NCBI GenBank assembly: GCA_021793215.1
Contig: JAJYTE010000009.1
Location: 4,664 to 68,663 of the forward strand
Direction: 5' to 3'
Length of the DNA: 64,000 bases
DNA from: Bacillota bacterium
GTDB lineage: Bacteria; Bacillota; Sulfobacillia; JAJZYS01; JAJYTV01
In this document: positions 8,703 to 18,014 of the stretch, piece after piece
Position numbering within the stretch: position 1 is the first letter of the stretch
Layout: each line of letters starts with the position of its first letter
Notes under the pieces: generated by a model
The model's database searches: none
What the model was told of the DNA's origin: nothing
What the model saw: only the letters and a program-made list of their open reading frames with translations
Translations under genes and position numbers: made by a program

Positions 8703-10748
8703 ATGCAGCGAGGCATCTCCTACGAAGGCGTCATTGCCCAAGCGTTCCGCGACTCCTTCGCCAAACTCGATCCCCGGATACAGATGCGCAATCCCGTGAT
8801 GTTCGTCGTCGAAGTCGGAACGGTAGTCACCCTCGTGCTGAGCGTTTGGCCCACAGCGTTCGGGCCTGCAGGCGGACCGGAGCGCCTGTACGACATCATC
8901 GTCACGGTGGTGCTGTTCGTCACGCTCCTCTTCGCGAACTTCGCGGAAGGGCTGGCGGAAGGGCGCGGCCGAGCACAAGCTCAAAGCCTGCGTCGCACCA
9001 AGAGCGACACGATCGCCCACCGCATCGATGCGGACGGTCGTTCGCTGGGCGACGCCGTCGCGACGTCCCTGCGCCTTGGCGACATGGTGCGGGTCGAAGC
9101 GGGAGAGATCATCCCGACGGACGGCGAGATCGTCCGTGGAGTCGCCTCGATCGACGAATCCGCGATCACGGGCGAATCGGCCCCGGTGATCCGCGAGGCA
9201 GGCGGTGACTTCTCCTCGGTGACCGGCGGTACGCGCGTGCTGTCCGACTGGATCGAGATGCGCGTCACGGTGGAACCGGGGAAGTCCTTCCTGGACCGCA
9301 TGATCGCCCTGGTCGAAGGCGCGGAGCGCCAGAAGACGCCGAACGAACTCGCGCTCACGGTGCTGCTCGCGGCGCTCACCCTGATCTTCCTCGTCGTCGT
9401 GGACACCCTTGCGCCGATGGCGTCCTTCCTGCACGCCGCCATCCCGATGGCGACGCTGATCGCCCTACTCGTCTGCCTGATCCCCACGACGATCGGCGCG
9501 CTGCTCTCGGCGATCGGCATCGCCGGCATGGACCGCGTGATCCGCTTCAACATCATCGCGAAGTCGGGCAAGGCGGTGGAGGCAGCAGGCGACGTCGACA
9601 CCCTGATCCTCGACAAGACGGGCACGATCACGCTCGGAAACCGCATGGCCGACGCCTTCCTGCCCATGCCAGGGGTGGACGAGGAGGCAATGCTGCGCGC
9701 CTGCCTGCTCGCCTCGTACTACGACGAAACGCCTGAGGGGCGCTCGATCGTGGAACTCGCCCGTAAGCTCGGGCAGGACGCGGCGGAGAGCGAGACGGCA
9801 GGCGCGACGGCGATCGCCTTCTCGGCGGAAACCAGACGCTCTGGGATCGTTCTCGCGGACGGGAAGGAGATCAGCAAGGGCGCGGTCGACGTGATCCGCA
9901 AGCTCGCAGAGCGCGAAGGCGCCCAGATTCCGCCCGAGCTAGACAGCTACACGGCACAGATCGCGCGTTCCGGCGGCACGCCGCTCGCGGTGGTGGCGGA
10001 CGCTCAGCTGCTCGGCGTCATCCACCTCAAGGACATCATCAAGCCAGGCATGAAGGAGCGCTTCGACGCGCTCCGGCGCATCGGGATCCGCACAATCATG
10101 GTGACGGGCGACAACCCGCTGACCGCCGAGACGATCGCGCGCGAGGCCGGCGTCGACGACTTCATCGCGGAGGCCAAGCCCGAGGACAAGATGCGCCGCA
10201 TCCGGGAGGAGCAGGCACAGGGGAAGCTCGTGGCGATGACGGGAGACGGGACGAACGACGCACCGGCGCTGGCGCAGGCGGACGTTGGACTCGCGATGAA
10301 CTCCGGGACGTCCGCGGCGAAAGAGGCCGGCAACATGGTCGACCTGGACTCAGATCCCACGAAGCTGATCGAAGTCGTGTCGATCGGCAAGCAGCTCCTG
10401 ATCACGCGCGGCGCGATCACCACCTTCTCGATCGCGAACGACGTTGCCAAGTACTTCGCGATTATTCCGGCGATGTTCCTCGGCGCCATCCCGGCACTGG
10501 GAGCCCTGAACATCATGCACCTGACTTCGCCGCAGAGTGCCATCCTCTCGGCGCTGATCTTCAACGCCCTGATCATCCCCGCGCTGATCCCGCTCGCGCT
10601 GCGGGGCGTGCGGTACGTGCCGATGGGGGCGACGCAGATGCTGCAGCGCAACATCCTGATCTACGGCTTCGGCGGCGTGATCACGCCGTTCGTCGGCATC
10701 AAGCTGATCGACCTCGCGCTCACGGCGCTCGGACTTGCGCACATCTGA
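8703..10748 (+). CDS. kdpB: K+-transporting ATPase subunit B
   Basis: [23 protein letters not shown]. Confidence 0.98.
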   Translation: MQRGISYEGVIAQAFRDSFAKLDPRIQMRNPVMFVVEVGTVVTLVLSVWPTAFGPAGGPERLYDIIVTVVLFVTLLFANFAEGLAEGRGRAQAQSLRRTKSDTIAHRIDADGRSLGDAVATSLRLGDMVRVEAGEIIPTDGEIVRGVASIDESAITGESAPVIREAGGDFSSVTGGTRVLSDWIEMRVTVEPGKSFLDRMIALVEGAERQKTPNELALTVLLAALTLIFLVVVDTLAPMASFLHAAIPMATLIALLVCLIPTTIGALLSAIGIAGMDRVIRFNIIAKSGKAVEAAGDVDTLILDKTGTITLGNRMADAFLPMPGVDEEAMLRACLLASYYDETPEGRSIVELARKLGQDAAESETAGATAIAFSAETRRSGIVLADGKEISKGAVDVIRKLAEREGAQIPPELDSYTAQIARSGGTPLAVVADAQLLGVIHLKDIIKPGMKERFDALRRIGIRTIMVTGDNPLTAETIAREAGVDDFIAEAKPEDKMRRIREEQAQGKLVAMTGDGTNDAPALAQADVGLAMNSGTSAAKEAGNMVDLDSDPTKLIEVVSIGKQLLITRGAITTFSIANDVAKYFAIIPAMFLGAIPALGALNIMHLTSPQSAILSALIFNALIIPALIPLALRGVRYVPMGATQMLQRNILIYGFGGVITPFVGIKLIDLALTALGLAHI

Positions 10749-10766
10749 CGAAGGGGGGTTCCTGAG

Positions 10767-11360
10767 ATGGTAATGGATATCTGGCGCAACGTGCGCCTCG
10801 CGGTCGTGACCTTCGTGCTCTTCGCCGTCATCTACTCGCTCGCCGTGCTCGGCATCGGGCAGCTCGTGTTCCCCTGGCAGGCGAACGGCTCACTCGAGGT
10901 ACGACAGGGGAAGGTTGTCGGCTCCATGCTGATCGGCCAGAAGGTGACATCCCTCGACCTCTTCCACGGGCGCCCGTCGGCTACCGCGAACCCGGCGACC
11001 GGAAAGCCGGAGCCGTACGCCGCGAACAACTCCGGTGGGTCGAACCTCGGCCCGACGAACAAGGCGCTCGTGCAGGAGGTGAAGGCGAATATCGCGGCGA
11101 TCCGTCCGATGATCGGCAGCGCGCGGCCGCCCGCGAACCTGGTGGAGAGCTCCGGCTCCGGCCTCGACCCGGAGATCACACTGCAAGACGCCATGCTGCA
11201 AGTCCCCGCGATCGCGCGGCGCACCGGCATCGCTACATCGACCCTTCGCCAGCTGGTGCTGCGCGACGCGGAGGGTCCAACCATCGGCCTCTACGGCCCC
11301 TGGAGGGTGAACGTCCTACGGCTGAACCTAGCGCTGCAGAGCCTGATCAACCAGCGATGA
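10767..11360 (+). CDS. kdpC: K+-transporting ATPase subunit C
   Basis: QANGSL, FHGRPSA, SGGSNLGP, SGSGLDP, VNVLRLNLAL. Confidence 0.95.
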   Translation: MVMDIWRNVRLAVVTFVLFAVIYSLAVLGIGQLVFPWQANGSLEVRQGKVVGSMLIGQKVTSLDLFHGRPSATANPATGKPEPYAANNSGGSNLGPTNKALVQEVKANIAAIRPMIGSARPPANLVESSGSGLDPEITLQDAMLQVPAIARRTGIATSTLRQLVLRDAEGPTIGLYGPWRVNVLRLNLALQSLINQR

Positions 11361-12493
11361 GCGAATACCTCAGGCGTACCTCCGAGGAGGTGCTGCGGCA
11401 GATCGAGCATCTGCGCCGGGCGCGGCACAAGATCTTCCTCGGCGCCGCGGCCGGCGTCGGCAAGACGTATGCGATGCTGCTCGAAGCGCGGTCATTGCAC
11501 GAGAGCGGCATCGACGTCGTGGCCGGCGTGATCGACACGCACGGTAGACCCGAGACGATGGCGCTGCTCGAGGGCGTTGAACTCTTGGCGCCGCTGCAGG
11601 TGCCGTACAACGGGATGGTGCGCGAGGAACTGGACGTCGAGGCTGTGCTGCGGCGCCAGCCGGACGTCGTGCTCGTGGACGAACTCGCGCACCAGAACCC
11701 GCCGGGCCTTCGCCATGAGAAGCGCTACGAGGATGTGCAGGAGATCCTCGAGGCAGGCATCAACGTGCACTCCACGCTCAACGTGCAGCACCTGCAGAGT
11801 CTGAACGACATCGTGGCCCAGGTCACGGGCGTGCGGGTCCGGGAGATCGTGCCAGACTCGGTAGTGGCGGACGCAACGGAACTGCGCCTCATCGACCTCG
11901 CGCCGGAGGCACTGGTGGAGCGCATGCGCCAGGGCAAGGTCTATCCTTCCGATCAGGCGAGGCGCGCGCTCGACAACTTCTTCCGTGTCGGCAACCTCAC
12001 AGCGCTGCGCGAACTCGCCCTGCGTACCGTCGCGGACGAGGCGGACAGCGACCTCGACGATTACATGCGCCTGCACCACATCGAGGGCCCATGGCAGACC
12101 AAGGACCGCGTCCTCGTCTGCGTTACCCCGACGCTCAACGGCCAGCTCCTGATCCGCCGCGGCTACCGTATGGCGCGCAGGTTGAAGGGAGACTTCCTCG
12201 TCGCGACTGTCCTGCCGCCGAACAGAACCCCCAGCCTCAAGGAGGCGCAAACGCTGGACCTGAACCTGCGCCTCGCGCGGGAACTCGGCGCGGAGGTGCA
12301 CCGTGCCGAGGACGTCGACGTCGCGCGCAGGCTGGTGAAGATCGCCAAGGAGGTGCGTGCCACGCAGATCATCCTCGGGGAGTCCAGGAAGACGAGGTGG
12401 GAGGAGATGCTCCGGGGTTCGGTGATCGAGCGGATCCTGCGGGAGACGCGTGAGGCTGATGTGCTGATCGTCGCGAATCGTGCTCCGGAGTAG
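11357..12493 (+). CDS. kdpD: Short KdpD (N-terminal KdpD domain + USP domain; no TM or kinase)
   Basis: KIFLGAAAGVGKT, LVDELAH, STLNVQHL, LRELALR, then a USP domain; 378 aa. Confidence 0.9.
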   Translation: MSEYLRRTSEEVLRQIEHLRRARHKIFLGAAAGVGKTYAMLLEARSLHESGIDVVAGVIDTHGRPETMALLEGVELLAPLQVPYNGMVREELDVEAVLRRQPDVVLVDELAHQNPPGLRHEKRYEDVQEILEAGINVHSTLNVQHLQSLNDIVAQVTGVRVREIVPDSVVADATELRLIDLAPEALVERMRQGKVYPSDQARRALDNFFRVGNLTALRELALRTVADEADSDLDDYMRLHHIEGPWQTKDRVLVCVTPTLNGQLLIRRGYRMARRLKGDFLVATVLPPNRTPSLKEAQTLDLNLRLARELGAEVHRAEDVDVARRLVKIAKEVRATQIILGESRKTRWEEMLRGSVIERILRETREADVLIVANRAPE

Positions 12494-12599
12494 GCGGGAC
12501 TGCGGCGGGCTGGGCTTCATAGGAGGTGCGAAACGAGGCCTTCCATGCGGACACGGCGCACTCTCGAGCGTGGCAGGTGCACGGCGGTGCAGGGGTGGG

Positions 12600-12661
12600 G
12601 TGGACATCAAGGCATTTGCCGTCACACCTTCGGCCTCGTGTTCCTGGCCGAGCGCGGTGAC
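12600..12661 (+). pseudogene. Frameshifted 5' fragment of a UPF0016/GDT1 gene
   Basis: VDIKAFAVT/FGLVFLAERGD; 49/60 nt identical to 13507-13566 after removing a 2-nt insertion. Confidence 0.75.
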
Positions 12662-12784
12662 GTGGAGCAGATTGCATTCCGACGGGGCGGACGACTTGGC
12701 CATCAAGTTTGGGATATGAGATGGGCCATGGAGTCAGGGCCGCGCATCGGGATCTGATTGCCGCGGCAGATCGCTCAGGTCCCG

Positions 12785-13265
12785 TCAGGCACGGCGCACC
12801 GCCACGAAGGCTTTGCCAAGGGCACGACTGCCGACGAAGACGCCGAAGCCGATGAGCAATTGCACGATTCCACCCCATAGTGCGCCGGCACCCAGGCGTG
12901 GCAATCCGACTATGTGTGAGGCCGTCACCGCGTCTGCGACCCCAACGGCGATGTTTCCTAGGGCTAGGACGGCGAGCGTGAGGCCCACGAGCCCGAATCC
13001 AAGTGGCGCGATCTCGTCGAGCCCCGGTGCCGTGCGCTGCGGTTCGGCTGCCGGGACCAGTCTTCGTCCAAGCGGTGGTGCTAGAAGCCAGAGCAGGAGC
13101 ACCAGCACGAGACGCACCAGGGTCGCGACGAGCAACGGACCTTGTGTCGCGCCCCCCGGGTTCGAAGACCATCGTGAGCCAATCGGCTAGGCTATTGATG
13201 AACGGGACCACCGCGTAGACCGCGACGCAGCGGATCACGATCTCGACGGTCTTGCTGGATAGCAC
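12785..13265 (-). pseudogene. Membrane protein split by a +1 frameshift in a G6 tract
   Basis: First frame VLSSKTVEIVIRCVAVYAVVPFINS..FEPGG joins ATQGPLLVATLVRLVLVLLLW.. if one G is removed from the tract at 13152-13157. Confidence 0.6.
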
Positions 13266-13506
13266 GGAAGTTGCCCCCAAAGGCGCCTCTTTTCACAGGG
13301 TACGCTTTGCGCGTTGGCCAGTCTACGGGATGCGACGGGCAGCACGGGAGGATGAGTCGGCGACTTCCGGACTCCTGTTGCCTAGGACAAACTTGACTCT
13401 GTTTACCGCTGGGACCGCACGGGGCCCGGTGCTAGGGGCAGTCGCCGTCCCGCTTCTACCAACGTGTCCGGGCAGCATAGCCTGCACCCGGAGGGTGGGG
13501 ACGCAC

Positions 13507-13782
13507 TTGGACCTCAAGGCCTTCGCCGTCACCTTTGGCCTTGTCTTTCTGGCTGAACTCGGTGACAAGACGCAGCTGACCACCATGATGCTCGCGGCAC
13601 GCACGCGAGCACCGCTGCTGATCTTCATCGCCGCGGCGCTTGCCCTCGTACTGTCGTCGGTAATCGGCGTGGTGTTCGGCGAGGCGCTCACTCGACTCGT
13701 GCCGCTGCGCTACATCCAGGTCGGAGCCGGCGTGGCGTTCGTCCTGATCGGCGGCGTGCTGCTGCTGGGCAAGGCCGCGTGA
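13507..13782 (+). CDS. Half-size TMEM165/GDT1 (UPF0016) Mn2+/Ca2+ transporter
   Basis: One ELGDKTQL motif, three TM helices, 91 aa. Confidence 0.9.
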   Translation: MDLKAFAVTFGLVFLAELGDKTQLTTMMLAARTRAPLLIFIAAALALVLSSVIGVVFGEALTRLVPLRYIQVGAGVAFVLIGGVLLLGKAA

Positions 13783-13988
13783 TGGCTCGGAGCTGCGCGC
13801 CGGCGTAGGGGGCAGTGGGCGACCGTAGCCGTAGAATGCCGACAATCACCCCCGGCGGAGGACGCCGCGGGGGAGTAGACCCTTGGGTGGGAGTCGGGCA
13901 GAGCCTGCGTCCTCTCCGCCGAGGAGCCGTAGCCTACCCGCGGCGCGGGGGCGGTTCGTATTCTCCCCCGCGCAGTAGTCGCCCCGCG

Positions 13989-15209
13989 CTAGGCGAGCGT
14001 GCGCACGGCGCCCAGCAGTCGCTCCACCTCGTCCATCAGTACGTAAGGCGCCATGCCGATCCGCACGACGCCACCCGTCTCCGCGAGGTCGAGCTGCGCG
14101 ATCAGCGATACGGCGTAGAAGTCGCCGTCCCAGACGAAGAAGCCCTTCTCGCCCAGCCTGCGGGCGACATCTTCCGGAGACAGGCCCGCGACGCGGAACG
14201 AGACGGTGGGTGCGCGCAGCGCGTCTCCCACCGGTGGACCGTAGAGCGTGACGCCAGGGATCTCCGAGAGGCCCTGCCACAAGCGGCGCGCGAGCCCGTG
14301 CTCGTAAGGGTAGATCTCCGCGAAGGCGGAGGCGATGCGCTCACGCAGGGAGCCGCCAGCGCCCTGCGCCGCGATCGTCTCGATCGCGGCCGTGACGCCT
14401 GCGAGCGCCGCATGGTTCAAGGTGCCGGTCTCGATGCGCGTTGGAGCGCTCGGGTCCTGGGGACGGACGCGGTCCGTCGGGAGCTCGTCGAGCGCGCCGG
14501 GGCGGCTGTAGAGGAGCCCAACGTGGGGACCGAAGAACTTGTAGGCCGAGCAGAGCAGGAAGTCGCAGTCGAGCGCCGTGACATCGATCAGCGCGTGCGG
14601 CGCGAAGTGCACCGCGTCGATCGAGACCGTGGCGCCGGCGGCGTGAGCCCAGCCGATGATCCGGGCGACGTCGTTCACCGTTCCGACGGCGTTCGAAGCG
14701 TATCCCACCGCGACGTGGCGGGTCTTCTCGCCGATCATGGCACGCATCGCATCCATGTCGAGCGTGCACGTGTCGAGATGCACGGGGCAGGAGCGCACGA
14801 CGACGCCCAACTCCTGCAGCCCGAGCCATGGAGATACGTTCGCCTCATGGTCGAGGTCGGTGACGATCACCTCGTCGCCGGGTCGGAGCGTCCGCCCGAC
14901 CGCTCTCGCGAGGAAGAAGCTGAGGGTCGTCATGTTCTGGCCGAACGAGACCGTCTTCGGCCCTGTCGCTCCGAGGAAGGCCGCCGCAGCCGTGCGCGCC
15001 GCGCGCACCGTTTCGTCCGCGCCGCGGCTCGTTGCGAACTGGCCGTGGACGTTCGCGTTCGCGCGCAGGTAGTAGTCGCGCTGGGCGTCGATCACGGATT
15101 GCGGGACCTGGCTGCCCCCCGGGCCGTCGAAGAACGCGGCGGGCTGGCCGTTCACCTCCATGGAGAGCGAAGGGAACAGGCTGCGGAACGGTCTGGGATC
15201 GAACGGCAC
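13989..15209 (-). CDS. Cysteine desulfurase-like class V aminotransferase (VC1184-type)
   Basis: FFDGPGGSQVP, DHEANVSPW, DAVHFAPH, CSAYKFFGPH, ETGT. Confidence 0.9.
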   Translation of the reverse strand: MPFDPRPFRSLFPSLSMEVNGQPAAFFDGPGGSQVPQSVIDAQRDYYLRANANVHGQFATSRGADETVRAARTAAAAFLGATGPKTVSFGQNMTTLSFFLARAVGRTLRPGDEVIVTDLDHEANVSPWLGLQELGVVVRSCPVHLDTCTLDMDAMRAMIGEKTRHVAVGYASNAVGTVNDVARIIGWAHAAGATVSIDAVHFAPHALIDVTALDCDFLLCSAYKFFGPHVGLLYSRPGALDELPTDRVRPQDPSAPTRIETGTLNHAALAGVTAAIETIAAQGAGGSLRERIASAFAEIYPYEHGLARRLWQGLSEIPGVTLYGPPVGDALRAPTVSFRVAGLSPEDVARRLGEKGFFVWDGDFYAVSLIAQLDLAETGGVVRIGMAPYVLMDEVERLLGAVRTLA

Positions 15210-15221
15210 GAAGACTCCTCC

Positions 15222-15863
15222 TTACTTCGGGTTGACGCTTCCCTGCCGGTAGGCGGGGCAGTAGGGCGCCAAAGGGCAGCGCAGGCATTCCGGCCCGCGC
15301 GCGTGGCAGATCTGACGGCCGTGGTGGATCAGCCAGTGGTGCGCCTGGGACCAGTCGCGCCGCGGGATGCGCCGGCGCAGCTCCCGCTCCACCTTCTCCG
15401 GCGTTTGGCCGCTCGCGAGGCCGAGGCGGCGCGCGACGCGGAAGACGTGCGTATCGACGGCGATCGCAGGTACCGAGAACGCGTTCGAGAGCACTACGTT
15501 TGCGGTTTTGCGACCGACGCCCGGCAACCCTTCGAGCGCCGCCATCGTCCGCGGCACCTCGCCGCCGTGCCGCGCGACGAGCGCCTCGCACGCGCCGAGG
15601 ATGTTCTTCGCCTTCGACCGGAAGAGCCCGCAGTCGTGGATCAGATCCTCCAACTGCTCCTTGGTGAGCGAGAGCATCGCCTGCGGCGTGGGGTAGCGGG
15701 GGAAGAGGCGCGGCGTGATCATGTTGACCCGCTCGTCGGTGCACTGGGCCGAGAGAATCGTGGCGATCAGCAGTTCAAACGGCGAGGTGAAGTCGAGGGC
15801 GCAGCGCGCGTCGGGGTACATGGTTCGCAGGAGCGAGAGGATGCGGCCGGTCTCAACGCGCAG
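15222..15863 (-). CDS. nth: Endonuclease III
   Basis: SAQCTDERVN, LPGVGRKTANVV (HhH), VDTHV, CxxxxxxCxxCxxxxxC 4Fe-4S; start uncertain (CTG after GAGGTG, or ATG at 15821). Confidence 0.93.
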   Translation of the reverse strand: MRVETGRILSLLRTMYPDARCALDFTSPFELLIATILSAQCTDERVNMITPRLFPRYPTPQAMLSLTKEQLEDLIHDCGLFRSKAKNILGACEALVARHGGEVPRTMAALEGLPGVGRKTANVVLSNAFSVPAIAVDTHVFRVARRLGLASGQTPEKVERELRRRIPRRDWSQAHHWLIHHGRQICHARGPECLRCPLAPYCPAYRQGSVNPK

Positions 15864-15947
15864 TTTCGGCCACCTCGCGCGGGAAAGGATGAGCGCCCAT
15901 CGCCTTGGTTCGCTCCGCGGCCGGCGAGACCTGCGGTGGAGCCCTGG

Positions 15948-18014
15948 TCAGTCGGCTCCGACGTCGCCGAGCTCTTCGGCCTCGCGGTACTGCAGGCGGT
16001 AAAGATCCCAGTAGAGTCCCCTGCGCACGAGCAGTTCCTCGTGCGTACCGCGCTCCACGATGCGGCCGTGGTGCATGACGAAGATCTGGTCGCAGTTCCG
16101 GATCGTCGAGAGCCGGTGCGCCACAATGAGGCTGGTGCGATCGCGCGAGACGCGCTGCAGGGCCTGTTGGATCAGGGTTTCCGTCTCTGTGTCGATGCTC
16201 GCCGTCGCCTCGTCGAGTACGAGGATCGCAGGATCGTGCGCCAGCACGCGGGCGAAGGCCACCAGCTGTCGCTGGCCCGCGGAGAATGTCGCGCCGCGCT
16301 CCTGGACAGCCTCGTCGTATTTCGCGGGCAGCCGCTCGATGAACTGTGCGGCGTGCACGTGCCGCGCCGCCTCCTCGACGTCCCCGTCGGAGACCGGATC
16401 GCCCAGGCGGATGTTGTCGCGGATGTTGCCGGCGAATAGGAACACGTCCTGCTGCACGACGCCGATCGCCCGCCGGAGTTCCTGCTGGGGCACCCGCGAC
16501 ACGTCCTGTCCGTCGAGCAGGATGCGCCCGCGCTGCACGTCGTAGAAGCGGCCCAGAAGGTTGACGATCGAACTCTTGCCGGCGCCCGTCGCGCCGACGA
16601 AGGCGACCGACTGCCCAGGTGCCACGGTGAAGTCCACGTCCTTCAGGACGTAGTTCTCGCCATCGTACGCGAACCAGACGTGCTCGAACCGGATCTCGCC
16701 GCGCGGCCGCGGCGGCAGCGCTTGCAAAGAGACGGCATCCGTCACCTCCGCGGGGGTGTCGAGCACCTGGAAGATCCGCTCGGAGGCCGCCATCGCGGAC
16801 TGCATGATCTGGTACTTGTCGGCCATGTCCTGGATCGGCTGGAAGAACTGCTGCGCGTAGCCGACGAAGGCGTAGAGGACGCCGAACGTCACGACGCTCT
16901 CCAGAACGCTCGCGCCGCCCCACCAGAGCAGCGCCGCGACGGTGGCGTTGTAGAGGAAGTTCATCGTCGGGCGGAACACGGCGAAGATCGTCAGCTCGCG
17001 GATGCCGGCCCGAAGGTAGCCACTGTTGTCGACGTCGAAGCGCTGTTGCTGCATTCGCTCCTGGCGCATGACCTGCACGACGCGCATGCCGGAGAAGTTC
17101 TCCGAGAGGAACGCGTTCAGGCGCGCGAGGCGCATCCGCACGGTGCGGTACGCGTCGCGCGCGAAGCGCGTGTAGAGGGCCGTCACCAGGACGAGCACCG
17201 GAATCACGGCGTAGCTGACGTAGGCGAGCAGGTGGTTCATCGTGAACATCACGACGATGGCGCCCACAAGCATGAAGAAGTCCTTGAAGATGTTGATCAT
17301 CACCGAGGTGTACATCTCGTTGAGCGCCTCGGTGTCGTTCGTGACGCGCGTCACGAGGCGGCCTATCGGGTTCTTGTCGAAGTAGCCGAGGTGCATGCGC
17401 TCGACGTGGGTGAAGATCGCCTTGCGCACGTCGAAGATGATGCGCTGGCCCGCGAGTTCAAGGATGTAGGTCTGGGCGTAGTTCGCGGCGAACGCGACCA
17501 GCACCACGAGCGCGTAGATTAGGCCCAGGAGCTCGAGACCGTGGATGAAGGGCGCGCGGAACGCGTTCACCGAGGACCTCGTGAGGCGCTGCTGCGGCAA
17601 CGTGCCGCCGCCCGAGGTGGCCTGACCCGAGACGAACTTGAGCGCCTTGCCCGGCGTGACGCCGCTGACGAGGTAGGTGACACCGCCCGACGAGACGATC
17701 TGCGCCCATGCGCCGTGGCGGCCCTTCACGTCGTGCTGCGGCACGTACTCGCTGCCCCGGTAGTAGATGCCGCCGGGCAGCTCGGCCGATGCGGGGTAGA
17801 CCGCGAGCGGCTGGTACATCGCGCTGATGTCGTTGTCGATCGCGAGCGCGGAGAGGTACGGCGGTGCGAGGTCCGAACCTGTGACCAGCGCGACGAGCGC
17901 CGCGGCGGCGAGGATCGGGCCCCAGTAGGGCTTGGCGAAGCGAAGCAGGCGGCGGACCAGGCGGCCGCTGAAGGCCCTGCCGAGGGCTTCCTCCTCGCGG
18001 AAGTCGTCGTCCAT
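15948..18014 (-). CDS. ABC exporter, BmrD/YheH-like half with large extracellular domain
   Basis: TMD with long loop after TM1, GATGAGKS, degenerate signature FSAGQRQL, DEAT. Confidence 0.9.
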   Translation of the reverse strand: MDDDFREEEALGRAFSGRLVRRLLRFAKPYWGPILAAAALVALVTGSDLAPPYLSALAIDNDISAMYQPLAVYPASAELPGGIYYRGSEYVPQHDVKGRHGAWAQIVSSGGVTYLVSGVTPGKALKFVSGQATSGGGTLPQQRLTRSSVNAFRAPFIHGLELLGLIYALVVLVAFAANYAQTYILELAGQRIIFDVRKAIFTHVERMHLGYFDKNPIGRLVTRVTNDTEALNEMYTSVMINIFKDFFMLVGAIVVMFTMNHLLAYVSYAVIPVLVLVTALYTRFARDAYRTVRMRLARLNAFLSENFSGMRVVQVMRQERMQQQRFDVDNSGYLRAGIRELTIFAVFRPTMNFLYNATVAALLWWGGASVLESVVTFGVLYAFVGYAQQFFQPIQDMADKYQIMQSAMAASERIFQVLDTPAEVTDAVSLQALPPRPRGEIRFEHVWFAYDGENYVLKDVDFTVAPGQSVAFVGATGAGKSSIVNLLGRFYDVQRGRILLDGQDVSRVPQQELRRAIGVVQQDVFLFAGNIRDNIRLGDPVSDGDVEEAARHVHAAQFIERLPAKYDEAVQERGATFSAGQRQLVAFARVLAHDPAILVLDEATASIDTETETLIQQALQRVSRDRTSLIVAHRLSTIRNCDQIFVMHHGRIVERGTHEELLVRRGLYWDLYRLQYREAEELGDVGAD

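Noticed and set aside
13330-13506. Possible yybP-ykoY Mn riboswitch before the UPF0016 gene
   Set aside because: Could not find the conserved CGUCAA/UAC and GAGAC elements
13815-16439. 874-aa plus-strand ORF and similar long antisense ORFs (6694-8277, 31454-33319, 41689-43668)
   Set aside because: Each lies opposite well-supported genes and is Arg/Ala-rich nonsense
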